A stretch of DNA of 64,000 nucleotides from Acidimicrobiales bacterium (GTDB lineage Bacteria > Actinomycetota > Acidimicrobiia > Acidimicrobiales > SZUA-35), in assembly GCA_965216685.1 (NCBI GenBank), contig OZ244195.1, positions 657,610-721,609 on the forward strand, read 5' to 3'. Position numbers and translations under genes: made by a program. Positions 39,001-48,735 of the stretch are shown here, one piece after another. Position 1 is the first letter of the stretch. The number at the start of each line of letters is the position of its first letter. The notes under the pieces are model-generated. The model was not told where the DNA came from. It was given only the letters and a program-made list of their open reading frames with translations, and did no database searches.

Positions 39001-39891
39001 TACACGCCGCTGACCGAGGTGGCTCCGGTCGGCACCGATTTCTGGGTGTACGACTCGACGCTGTCGGAATACGCCGGGCTCGGCTTCGAGTACGGCTATG
39101 CCGTGGCCAATCCTCATGCCCTGGTGATGTGGGAGGCCCAGTTCGGCGACTTCGTGAACGGGGCCCAGATCATCGTCGACCAGTTCCTGGTGGCGGCCGA
39201 GGACAAGTGGAACCAGACGGTGAACCTGGTCATGCTCCTCCCCCACGGCTATGAGGGTCAGGGCCCCGAGCATTCATCGGGTCGGCTGGAGCGGTTCCTC
39301 CTGCTGTGTGCCGACGACAACATCCAGGTGGCCAACGTGACCACGGCGGCCCAGCTGTTCCACCTCATTCGCCGCCAGATCGTGCGCACCAACTCCAAAC
39401 CGCTGGTGCTGTTCACCCCCAAGTCACTGCTCCGGGCCAAGACCACTCGCTCCCCGGTGGAGGCTCTGACCAGGGGTTCGTTCGAGGAGGTCCTCGATGA
39501 TTCCGGCGTGGTCGACCCCAAGACGGTGAGCCGGGTCATCTTCGCCAGCGGCAAGGTGGCGGTGGAGGCCCAAACCCACCGCGACGAACACGAGTTGCAG
39601 AACGTGGCCATCGTCCGCATGGAGCAGCTGTACCCGTGGCCGTTCAAGCGGGTGGCCCACACCCTGGAGCGTTACTTCAACGCCCGGGAGATCGTCTGGC
39701 TTCAGGAGGAGCCGGAGAACATGGGTGCGTGGAACGCCATCAAGGGTCGCCTCTACGAGGCTCACGGTGACACCCATCGGATCCGGCGGGTCAGCCGTCA
39801 TGAGTCGGGCAGCCCGGCCACCGGTTCGGTTGCCATTCATCGGCAGGAACAAGCCGAGCTCCTCGACCGGGCCTTCGGCGGTCTCGGCTAG
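36016..39891 (+). CDS. kgd: multifunctional 2-oxoglutarate decarboxylase/dehydrogenase E1 with E2-like acyltransferase domain
   Basis: 1291 aa. Pro/Ala linker, E2 catalytic block TYDHRIIQGA, then the ThDP-dependent E1 body. GTG start. Confidence 0.95.
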   Translation: MTSPSNGDLADSQGPNSWFVQELYQQYLDNPRSVPTEWQEIFAQGPPGTVAPSAPAEGRTVRLDEVTQAAPDPAQPAPPGPNTQPPASPPPAPTPDPTRSAPEPPSVFEPSPSALSQAEPEPAAETAAPSPSAESAAPPTVNGGPQPAATDDGGEESEEEPANETVPLRGVSALIASNMEASLEVPTATSFREVPAKLLEVNRRILNNHLRRVRGGKVSFTHIIGYAVVRAIRTTTPSLNNTYQVNDDGKPELVRNGHVNLGIAVDLQKDDGSRTLMVPVIKAADTLDFSEFVDAYEALIDKVRNSKVTVDDLTGATVTLTNPGTIGTVQSVPRLMKGQGAIIGVGRIGYPTEYQAADPKMLAHLGISKIIALTSTYDHRIIQGAESGLFLKKVHELLLGEDGFYDQAFADVGVPYEAVKWRIDHGATDAEEGVGGTVAKQLSVNTLINQYRVRGHLIANTNPLADKAKEMHTELDPATYGLTIWDLDREFLTGATDGIYASIGGFAQMMKLGDILGVLRDAYCRAIGVEYMHIADPDEKRWIQEQVEGQPVSFDREEQTHILERLSAAEALEQFLHTRYVGQKRFGIEGTESAIPILDAVLSKAADDHMERAVIGMAHRGRLNVLVNIMGKRYQDLFTEFEGAIDENAIQGSGDVKYHLGQVGKHTSPDGNQIGIELAANPSHLEAVDPVVVGMARAYMDQSSSGNYPVLPILIHGDAAFAGQGVVTETLNLSQVRGYKVGGTIHLIVNNQLGYTTAPHQSRSSEYSTDVAKTVQAPIFHVNADDPEACVRVAQLAFDFRQQFNKDVVIDMIGYRRFGHNEGDDPSYTQPLMYRKIADRPSVRTLYTQALIDRGDLTQTEAAEALEHFEQMLQTALDLTRGSVKSDLKAKPAPPAEGVLPHVETGVSAETIRNVYRTISTIPENFTVHPKLLRQLNARNDLFESGQVDWAIGEALAIGTLLAEGTSVRLAGQDSRRGTFAHRHATLHDYQTGAEYTPLTEVAPVGTDFWVYDSTLSEYAGLGFEYGYAVANPHALVMWEAQFGDFVNGAQIIVDQFLVAAEDKWNQTVNLVMLLPHGYEGQGPEHSSGRLERFLLLCADDNIQVANVTTAAQLFHLIRRQIVRTNSKPLVLFTPKSLLRAKTTRSPVEALTRGSFEEVLDDSGVVDPKTVSRVIFASGKVAVEAQTHRDEHELQNVAIVRMEQLYPWPFKRVAHTLERYFNAREIVWLQEEPENMGAWNAIKGRLYEAHGDTHRIRRVSRHESGSPATGSVAIHRQEQAELLDRAFGGLG

Positions 39892-39900
39892 CTGCACGGG

Positions 39901-39945
39901 CCACCAGCCGCCAGCCACCAGCCACCAGCCACCAGCCACCAGCCA
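39901..39945. repeat. heptanucleotide microsatellite (CCACCAG) x about 6.4
   Basis: ccaccag ccgccag ccaccag ccaccag ccaccag ccaccag cca. Begins 10 nt after the kgd stop and abuts repeat copy 3. Confidence 0.9.
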
Positions 39946-39994
39946 ATTCTTGCAGCAGAAAACGAGGCCGGCCCTCGTTTTCTACTGCAGGATT
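39945..39994. repeat. family-A palindromic repeat, copy 3 (degenerate ends)
   Basis: AATTCTTGCAGCAGAAAACGAGG ccggc CCTCGTTTTCTACTGCAGGATT. The right arm carries the stop and last codons of the HAD gene. Confidence 0.8.
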
Positions 39995-40707
39995 TCGAGG
40001 TCGAGGAGGGCCTGCAGCTCGGTCAGGGCGGCGATGGGGTCGACGACCTTGATGGTGGTCATGCCCATGGCTCGGGCCGGCTTCAGGTTGACGCCCAGGT
40101 CGTCGAGAAACACCACCTCGGCCGGCTCCACGCCGGCCCGGTCGAGGGCATGCTGGTAGAACTCGGGTTCCGGTTTTCGTACGCCGACCACCGATGATTC
40201 GATGATGAAGTCGAAGCGATCCAACACGCCGGCCACCGCCGCCTTCTCCTCCGAGGTCCGCCGATCGACCTGGTCCGATCGATCGGCGGCGAAGTTATTG
40301 GTCAGGCAGGCGGTGATCAGGCCGGCTCGTTTGATGGTGTCGATGGCGGCGGCCATGGCCGGTCGCACGGTCCCGGCCAGCATGGCCAGAACGGCTCGGC
40401 CGTCGATCTCATGACCGAGCTCACCGGCTTCGGCCTCGAAAAGGGCGACAAACCGGTCGATGTCGACGTCGCCTCGTTCCAGTCGGGCCCAGGCGTTGTC
40501 GTCCGGGTTGGTGGCGTTGATGGTGCGGATGAAGCCATCGGGTAGTGCATTGCGCCGCTCGTAGCGGGCAAAGGCCTCGAACGGGCTCGTGAGAACCACG
40601 CCGCCGAAGTCGAAGAACACGGCTCGAAACGACGATTCGGTCACGGGCCACGATGGTAGTCGGTGATGTTCGGACCGTTCGGGCCTGCTGGGGTTTTTCC
40701 GGGCCAT
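39982..40707 (-). CDS. HAD-superfamily hydrolase
   Basis: DxD motif in VFFDFGGVVL, and a later FLDDLGVN motif. The start is uncertain (ATG 40707 or an internal GTG). Confidence 0.7.
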   Translation of the reverse strand: MARKNPSRPERSEHHRLPSWPVTESSFRAVFFDFGGVVLTSPFEAFARYERRNALPDGFIRTINATNPDDNAWARLERGDVDIDRFVALFEAEAGELGHEIDGRAVLAMLAGTVRPAMAAAIDTIKRAGLITACLTNNFAADRSDQVDRRTSEEKAAVAGVLDRFDFIIESSVVGVRKPEPEFYQHALDRAGVEPAEVVFLDDLGVNLKPARAMGMTTIKVVDPIAALTELQALLDLEILQ

Positions 40708-40747
40708 CGTTCTGATTCGGCTGCGAGCGTGATTGACTGTGCATGTC

Positions 40748-42454
40748 ATGCCACGCCCTGATCGACACGTGATCGTCGACGGATCCAACGTTGCCACCGA
40801 AGGTCGCTCGCTACCCAGCCTCAATCAGCTGGACCAAGCGGTGCAGGCCTTCCAACGCGACAACCCCGACGCCACGGTTACCGTCATCGTCGACGCCACC
40901 TTCGCCCACCGCATCGCCAAGAAGGAGCGCAAGGCGTTCGACGCCGCAGTCGATGCCGGTGAGATCGTTGTGCCGCCGGCCGGTGCCATCGGCCGGGGTG
41001 ACGCCTTCATCCTCCAGGTGGCCGACAAGGGCAACGCCGAGGTCATCTCCAATGATTCGTTCCAGGAGTTCCATGGCGAGCACAAGTGGCTGTTCGACGA
41101 GGGCCGGTTGATCGGGGCCAAACCGGTGGAGGGCATCGGCTGGATCTTCGTCGACCGGGTACCGGTGCGGGGACCGGAGAGTCGCCGAGCCACCCGCTCG
41201 GCATCGTCCCGTTCGTCGAAGAAGACGGCAAAGCGAACAACCAGAAGTTCGGCCAAATCGCAGGCCAAGTCCGATTCACGAAGCACCGACGGCGGAGGCA
41301 GGAAGAGCGGTGGACAGGCCACCGAGAAGGCCGGTCGGGAAACCGGCCGGAGGAAACAGGCGGCCAGGAAGTCAGACGGAGGCGACCGGAAGAAGTCGGC
41401 CCGGAACAAGGAGGCGTCGGCCGACAACAAGGCGGCCGACAAGAAGAGCGACAAGGATGGGTCTGGCGACAACAGAGGGAGCAGCAAGAAATCCAAGGAG
41501 CTGAACAGCCCTTCCGAGTTCCTGAGCTTCGTCACCAAACATTCGATCGGCGATGTGGTCACCGGCACGGTCGAACGGTTCTCCTCCCACGGCTGCTACC
41601 TGCGGATCTCGGGAGCCCAGTGCTACCTGCCGGTCAAGGCCATGGGCGAACCTGCCCCTTCCAAGGCACGAGATATTGTCTCCGCCGGCGGGGCGGTCGA
41701 GGTAAAGATCGAATCGCTCGATGCCGATCGCCGAGGCATCAACGTCGAGCTGGTCCGGGTCCTCGACGGCCCAGTCACGGGCGCCGGTAGGCGTTCGGAA
41801 TCAACAAGTCCTTCCGCCAGACGTCGCGGCAGGGGTAAGCAAAATCAGCCCTCTCAACCATCAGCGGCCGTCGTCGACGGATCGGGTCGAGAGGCGAATC
41901 CCACAAGGAGCAAAACCAACGTGGCTTCAAAATCCACCAAGAAACCGGCCAAGAAGGCCGCCAAGAAGACGGCCGCCAAGGCCACAAAGAAAGTGGCCAG
42001 GAAATCGACGGCCAAGAAGACCGCCAAGAAAGCTCCAGCCAAGAAGGTGACGGCCAAGAAGGCCACCACGAAGAAGGCCACCACGAAGAAGACCACGGCC
42101 AAGAAAGCTCCAGCCAAGAAGACGGCGAAGAAGACCACGGCCAAGAAAGCTCCGGCAAAGAGGGCACCAGCCAAGAAGACGGCGAAGAAGACCACGGCCA
42201 AGAAAGCTCCGGCCAAGAAAGCTCCGGCCAAGAAAGCTCCGGCCAAGAAGGCACCAGCCAAGAAGACGGCGAAGAAGACCACGGCCAAGAAAGCCACGGC
42301 CAAGAAGACCACCAAAAAGGCACCAGCCAAGAAAGCCACGGCCAAGAAGACCACCAAAAAGGCACCGGCCACGGCGACCGCCTCAAAGCGAGCGCAGCGG
42401 GCGTCGGCCCGCAAGTCGACCAAGAAGGCGGCCAGGCGATCACGGCGTCGCTGA
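40748..42454 (+). CDS. NYN (Zc3h12a-like) nuclease domain - S1 RNA-binding domain - Lys/Ala-rich histone-H1-like tail protein
   Basis: The N-terminal VIVDGSNVA...VIVDATF...ISND is NYN/PIN-like. The S1-like block is [20 protein letters not shown]. About 170 aa of AKKxAKK repeats follow. Start is ATG 40748 or upstream GTG/TTG. Confidence 0.7.
   Translation: MPRPDRHVIVDGSNVATEGRSLPSLNQLDQAVQAFQRDNPDATVTVIVDATFAHRIAKKERKAFDAAVDAGEIVVPPAGAIGRGDAFILQVADKGNAEVISNDSFQEFHGEHKWLFDEGRLIGAKPVEGIGWIFVDRVPVRGPESRRATRSASSRSSKKTAKRTTRSSAKSQAKSDSRSTDGGGRKSGGQATEKAGRETGRRKQAARKSDGGDRKKSARNKEASADNKAADKKSDKDGSGDNRGSSKKSKELNSPSEFLSFVTKHSIGDVVTGTVERFSSHGCYLRISGAQCYLPVKAMGEPAPSKARDIVSAGGAVEVKIESLDADRRGINVELVRVLDGPVTGAGRRSESTSPSARRRGRGKQNQPSQPSAAVVDGSGREANPTRSKTNVASKSTKKPAKKAAKKTAAKATKKVARKSTAKKTAKKAPAKKVTAKKATTKKATTKKTTAKKAPAKKTAKKTTAKKAPAKRAPAKKTAKKTTAKKAPAKKAPAKKAPAKKAPAKKTAKKTTAKKATAKKTTKKAPAKKATAKKTTKKAPATATASKRAQRASARKSTKKAARRSRRR
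41915..42420 (+). repeat. nested near-perfect tandem DNA repeats encoding the (A/T/P)KK tail
   Basis: Units such as gccaagaaagctccg x3 and aagaagacggcgaagaagaccacggccaagaaagc x3 are read directly. Confidence 0.8.
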
Positions 42455-42540
42455 GGCGGCACAGCGTGGCGGGCTGAGGCTTCACCGGCCCGGACCGCGA
42501 AGCCAACCGAGATCGAAGGGGCGACGGTAGCCTCAGCACC

Positions 42541-44235
<1,695 letters not shown>

Positions 44236-44246
44236 CGACACCGCAA

Positions 44247-44266
44247 CCCGACCTCGCCCGGTCGGG
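44247..44266 (+). terminator. candidate stem-loop after ettA
   Basis: CCCGACC tcgccc GGTCGGG, 7-bp GC-rich stem, 12 nt after the stop. No U-tract. Confidence 0.3.
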
Positions 44267-44271
44267 CCGGC

Positions 44272-44308
44272 GGTCTCACATCGTGGCCGGTGCTGCCGAT
44301 GTGAGACC
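44272..44308 (+). promoter_or_regulatory. 12-bp stem / 13-nt loop hairpin ending 1-2 nt before the next start codon
   Basis: GGTCTCACATCG tggccggtgctgc CGATGTGAGACC, then c-ATG (44310). Confidence 0.4.
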
Positions 44309-44309
44309 C

Positions 44310-44651
44310 ATGGCATCTCGTTCAGCGTCAGGCTCCACCAAGACCCGGAAGGCGTCGGCCAAGAACAAGAAGTGGAAGAGCCGGGCTGTGCTTCGCCTGA
44401 TCGAGGCCGGCAGCACTGCCGAGTGCCCCCACTGCGGGGAGCGGGTGAAGTTCCGGGCCCGCCATCGGGATCAGCAGGTCATCTGCAACGTGTATGTCGA
44501 TGGGGTGTGGAACCGGGTCGAGCAGTACCACGCCGAATGCTACGACGATGCCGGTACGCCCTACGGCAAACCCGACAAGAAGCAGAGCCTGACCCGCAAC
44601 CAACCCAAGAAGTCCGACGCCGCCGGGCAGGACAAGTCGGCCAAGAAGTAG
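44310..44651 (+). CDS. small basic zinc-ribbon-like protein
   Basis: 113 aa. CPHC...C..Y....HAEC Cys/His pattern between Lys-rich tails. Confidence 0.5.
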   Translation: MASRSASGSTKTRKASAKNKKWKSRAVLRLIEAGSTAECPHCGERVKFRARHRDQQVICNVYVDGVWNRVEQYHAECYDDAGTPYGKPDKKQSLTRNQPKKSDAAGQDKSAKK

Positions 44652-44701
44652 CCGTCCACAATTCGGACCGACGATTGGGTGAATACGAACGTCGGCAACC
44701 T

Positions 44702-45493
44702 ATGGTGACGCAGGTGCCTTCCCATTCCGACGTTCCTCCCATCAGCACCGACCTGGACGACCACCAATTGGCGGCCGCCGTCGCCGCCGAAACAGGCAAG
44801 CTGCTGGTTTCGGTTCGACGGCAGATGGTGGAACAGGGAACCGATCACTGGTCACTCAAAGACGCCGGCGACCAGGCGGCACACCAGTTCATCGTCGAGT
44901 CGCTATCCCAGGCCCGTCCTGATGACGCCGTACTCTCCGAAGAGGGGGCCGATCGCCGGGAACGGCTCACGGCGCCGCGGGTGTGGATCGTCGACCCGCT
45001 CGACGGAACCAGGGAGTTTGCCGAGCCGCCCCGGATCGACTGGGCGGTTCATATCGCTCTGGTCACCAACGGGGTGCCCATCGCCGGAGCCGTGGCCCTA
45101 CCGGCCGAGGGTGTGACGTTGACGACCCGACCGGCCGAGCAGCTCCCCGACGCTGTTGACGGCCGGCCCCGAGTCATCGTCAGCCGGACCCGGCGACCAC
45201 CGGCGGCCCAGATGCTGGCCCGGGAACTGGGAGCCGACTACATCGAGCTCGGCTCGGCCGGAGCCAAAGCCATGGCCGTCGTCCGGGGCCAGGCCGACAT
45301 CTACGCCCATTCGGGCGGCCAATACGAGTGGGACTCCTGTGCCCCGGTGGCTGTGGCCCAGGCCGCCGGTCTCCACTGCTCGCGGCTCGACGGCTCACCC
45401 ATGCTCTACAACAATCCCGACCCCTATCTCCCCGACCTCCTGATCTGCCGCCCGGAGTGGGCTGAGCGGAGTCTGGCCATCCTCAACGGCTGA
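44702..45493 (+). CDS. cysQ: 3'(2'),5'-bisphosphate nucleotidase / inositol monophosphatase family
   Basis: Start at ATG 44702. EEG, WIVDPLDGT and WDSCAP motifs. Confidence 0.75.
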   Translation: MVTQVPSHSDVPPISTDLDDHQLAAAVAAETGKLLVSVRRQMVEQGTDHWSLKDAGDQAAHQFIVESLSQARPDDAVLSEEGADRRERLTAPRVWIVDPLDGTREFAEPPRIDWAVHIALVTNGVPIAGAVALPAEGVTLTTRPAEQLPDAVDGRPRVIVSRTRRPPAAQMLARELGADYIELGSAGAKAMAVVRGQADIYAHSGGQYEWDSCAPVAVAQAAGLHCSRLDGSPMLYNNPDPYLPDLLICRPEWAERSLAILNG

Positions 45494-45504
45494 ACGAGCA
45501 GGCG

Positions 45505-46359
45505 GTGACCCACGGCGACATGAAGTACGGCGACATGGAATACAGGGTGATTGACTACCAGATCAGCGGGAGAAGCGCCGTCGTCACCCTTGATCGCCCC
45601 GACCGGGGCAACGCTTGGACCGGCCGGCTCCACGCCGAATACATCCACGCCGTGGCCCGGGCCGAGATCGACCAGGCCGTGCGAACGATCGTCATCACCG
45701 GAAACGGTTGGGCCTTTTGTGTCGGCGGCGACTCCGATGCCCTGGCCGGTCACGCCGACCGGGGATCCTACGACGATGGCCTGGCAGCGGCCGAAGGCTC
45801 GACCACCCACATGCCCGGTCGCGACCTCCATCCCCAATTCGACCACCAACTGGCCTTCCACTTCGGGCTGACCAAGCCAGTGCTGGCCGCCATCAACGGC
45901 CCTGCAGCGGGCATCGGTCTGGCCCTGGCCTGCTTCGCCGACGTGCGATTCGCCGTTCCCGGGGCCAAGTTGACAACGGCCCACGGGAAGCTGGGTCTGC
46001 CGCCCGAATACGGTTTGTCGTGGATCCTGCCCCGCCACATCGGGTTGACCAGAGCCATGGATCTGTTGTTGACCTCGCGTGTGATTCTGACCGATGAGGC
46101 GTTCCAGTGGGGTCTGATCAACCGCCTGGTTCCACCATCAGAACTCATGGAGACGGTTTTGGACTACGCCGAGACCATGGCAACCCAGAACTCGCCGTCG
46201 GCCCTGGCCGCCACCCGCCACATGACCTACCTCGATCAGCACCGTGGAATCGGTGAGTCGGTGACCGATTCCCTCGTTCGGCTGAACCAGATGATGGGTT
46301 CGGCCGAGTATCGTCAAGGGGTCGAGGCGCTCCGAGACAAACGATCACCGGACTTCTGA
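45505..46359 (+). CDS. enoyl-CoA hydratase/isomerase (crotonase) family
   Basis: FCVGGD oxyanion region. Typical C-terminal EALRDKRSPDF. Confidence 0.85.
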   Translation: MTHGDMKYGDMEYRVIDYQISGRSAVVTLDRPDRGNAWTGRLHAEYIHAVARAEIDQAVRTIVITGNGWAFCVGGDSDALAGHADRGSYDDGLAAAEGSTTHMPGRDLHPQFDHQLAFHFGLTKPVLAAINGPAAGIGLALACFADVRFAVPGAKLTTAHGKLGLPPEYGLSWILPRHIGLTRAMDLLLTSRVILTDEAFQWGLINRLVPPSELMETVLDYAETMATQNSPSALAATRHMTYLDQHRGIGESVTDSLVRLNQMMGSAEYRQGVEALRDKRSPDF

Positions 46360-46371
46360 GGCAGGCGAACG

Positions 46372-47967
46372 TTGCCAGTGCAGTCAACCGAACCAGATGA
46401 CCTTCACCTGGGCGCCTTCTCCGATGATCCGCCGTGGTTGATGACCGACCAGGAACCACAATGGCTCGACGTGGTCGATCTGTTGCGGCGCCAGCAGGCC
46501 CGTAACCTTCCCGAACTGTTGACCCCCCCTCGGGTTCCCCCGCTGCGGCGGGCGGCCAGGGTGATGACCGTGCTCGGCCGGGCCATCGGCATTTGGCGGC
46601 TCCGGGAGCGGGGAACCGAGCAGTCACGGGCCGCCTTGTCCCGTCGCATCCGGGAGGCGGCCGAGATTCTCGGTCCGACCTACATCAAGCTGGCCCAGAT
46701 CATAAGCGCCGGTGAAGGAGTGTTTCCCCCCGAGCTGGTGGCCGAATGCAAGAAGTGCCGCGATCAGGTACCGGCCGTTCCCTACGACCAGGTGGTGGCG
46801 GTCATCGAACAGGATCTCGGTCAACCCCTTCACCAGATCTTCCGCCACATCGATCCGACACCGGTGGCGGCGGCGTCCATCGCCCAGGTCCACCGGGCCA
46901 CGCTGGTGTCGGGTCAGAACGTGGTGGTCAAGGTACAGCGCCCCGGAATCGACCAGGTTGTGCGCCGGGATCTCCAGGTGCTCAGCTGGCTGGCCCCCCA
47001 TCTGGTCGGCCGAATTCCGGTGTCGGCCCTGGCCAATCCCCCGGCTCTGGTCGAGCTGTTCGCCGAAACCATCGTCGAGGAGCTCGATTTCCGGTTGGAG
47101 GCGGCCAACATGCTCGATGTCGGCCGGGTCTACGCCGAGCTGGATCAACGCAACTTCATCGTGCCCCGGCCCCACCCGGTCCACGTCACCCGACGGGTTC
47201 TGGTCATGGAGGAGCTCGGCGGCTTCAACTTCAACGACGTCGAAGCCATGCGAGCGGCCGGGGTCGACACCGAGGCGGTGCTCAAGACGGGCATGATCGG
47301 TTTCCTGGAGGGTGTCTTTCTCCACGGCGTGTTCCACGGTGACCTGCACGGCGGGAACCTCTACATCATGGCCGACGGTCGAACCGCCCTGATGGACTTC
47401 GGCATCACCGGACGTCTGACCGAGAGCGAGCGCTTGGCCTTCCTGCGGATGATGATGTCGGCCACCACCAACAACGTCAGTGGCCAGATCGAAGCGCTCC
47501 GGGATCTGGGCGCTCTCCCCCACGACGTCGACATCGACGCCGTCATCCGCGACCTCGGCCTCGACGGGCCGCCCATCGATCCCACCACTCTGGCCCCCGA
47601 TCAGCTGGTCAAGGAGCTCCAGCGGGTGGTCAAGGCCCTGTTGGGATACGGCGCCCGTATGCCCAAACCGTTGATGCTGTACGTGAAGAACCTGATCTTC
47701 ATCGACGGCGCCACCGCCACGCTCGCTCCCTCCCTCGACCTGTTCGCCGCCATCACCGAGGTGGCCACCCACTTCGCCACGACCCACGGACCAACGATCG
47801 CCGCTCAGCTGGGGATGCAACAGCAAACCTGGGACCTCGACCTCGACGGGGTGAAGGCCGGATTCGGTATCGACCCGGCCACCACATCCCATTTCACCTA
47901 CTCCGACCTCAAACAGCGGCGGGAGCTGATCCGCCGCCGGCTGGGCGATCAAGTCGGCAACAGCTGA
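46372..47967 (+). CDS. ABC1/UbiB-family atypical kinase
   Basis: LGPTYIKLAQ, AAASIAQVHRA, HGDLHGGN. Confidence 0.85.
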   Translation: MPVQSTEPDDLHLGAFSDDPPWLMTDQEPQWLDVVDLLRRQQARNLPELLTPPRVPPLRRAARVMTVLGRAIGIWRLRERGTEQSRAALSRRIREAAEILGPTYIKLAQIISAGEGVFPPELVAECKKCRDQVPAVPYDQVVAVIEQDLGQPLHQIFRHIDPTPVAAASIAQVHRATLVSGQNVVVKVQRPGIDQVVRRDLQVLSWLAPHLVGRIPVSALANPPALVELFAETIVEELDFRLEAANMLDVGRVYAELDQRNFIVPRPHPVHVTRRVLVMEELGGFNFNDVEAMRAAGVDTEAVLKTGMIGFLEGVFLHGVFHGDLHGGNLYIMADGRTALMDFGITGRLTESERLAFLRMMMSATTNNVSGQIEALRDLGALPHDVDIDAVIRDLGLDGPPIDPTTLAPDQLVKELQRVVKALLGYGARMPKPLMLYVKNLIFIDGATATLAPSLDLFAAITEVATHFATTHGPTIAAQLGMQQQTWDLDLDGVKAGFGIDPATTSHFTYSDLKQRRELIRRRLGDQVGNS

Positions 47968-47982
47968 GCCTCACCCGGCGTT

Positions 47983-48024
47983 CTGTGCGCCCTACACCCC
48001 GTTTCCGGGGCGTAGGGCGCACAG
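47983..48024. repeat. family-B hairpin H3
   Basis: CTGTGCGCCCTACACCCCG tttc CGGGGCGTAGGGCGCACAG, with 1 mismatch. Lies 16 nt after the stop. Confidence 0.8.
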
Positions 48025-48063
48025 GTCTTCGGCATTCTCCGACCAAGCCGCTAGAAATGACGG

Positions 48064-48723
48064 GTGCGCCTTGTCATCGCCGAATGCACCGTCGACTACG
48101 CCGGTCGCCTCACCGCTCACCTTCCCCGGGCCACCCGCCTGATCATGGTCAAGGCCGACGGCTGCGTCTCGGTCCATGCCGACGGCGGGGCCTACAAACC
48201 GATGAACTGGATGACGGCCCCCAACACGGTGCGGGAGGCCGACGACGAGTGGGTGGTGACCAACCCCAAGGGCGAGACCCTAACCATCACCATCCACCAG
48301 ATGATCAGCGACGTGTCACACGAACTGGGCAACGATCCGGGCCTGCAGAAGGATGGAGTCGAAGCTCATCTGCAAGAGCTGTTGGCCACCGATCCGGGCC
48401 GCCTCGGCCCCGGCATGCGGTTGATCCGCCGAGAGTTTCCGACCGAAATCGGCCCGGTCGACCTGTTGTGCCGCAACGCCGATGACGAGGTGGTGGCGGT
48501 CGAGATCAAGCGGCGGGGTGAGATCGACGGGGTTGAGCAGTTGACCCGCTACCTCGACTTCCTCAACCGCCAGCCCGACCTGTCGCCGGTCAGAGGCATG
48601 TTCGTGGCCCAGGAGATCAAGCTGCAGGCCAAAACTCTGGCCAGCGACCGCGACATCGACTTCCTGGAGGTCGATTACGACGAACTTCGGGGCATCGAGC
48701 GGCCCCAGCAGAAGCTCTTCTGA
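48064..48723 (+). CDS. nucS: endonuclease NucS (EndoMS)
   Basis: GTG start. [16 protein letters not shown]... and the C-terminal [20 protein letters not shown] nuclease block. Confidence 0.9.
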   Translation: MRLVIAECTVDYAGRLTAHLPRATRLIMVKADGCVSVHADGGAYKPMNWMTAPNTVREADDEWVVTNPKGETLTITIHQMISDVSHELGNDPGLQKDGVEAHLQELLATDPGRLGPGMRLIRREFPTEIGPVDLLCRNADDEVVAVEIKRRGEIDGVEQLTRYLDFLNRQPDLSPVRGMFVAQEIKLQAKTLASDRDIDFLEVDYDELRGIERPQQKLF

Positions 48724-48735
48724 CCGCTTTACGTT

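Noticed and set aside
46357-46374. The crotonase (45505..46359) and the ABC1 kinase (46372..) are in the same frame, separated by one TGA plus four codons. This was considered as read-through or a second Sec site.
   Set aside because: The crotonase ends at the canonical family C-terminus (..EALRDKRSPDF), the kinase has its own start, and there is no Cys-type redox context. Frame identity is a 1-in-3 coincidence.
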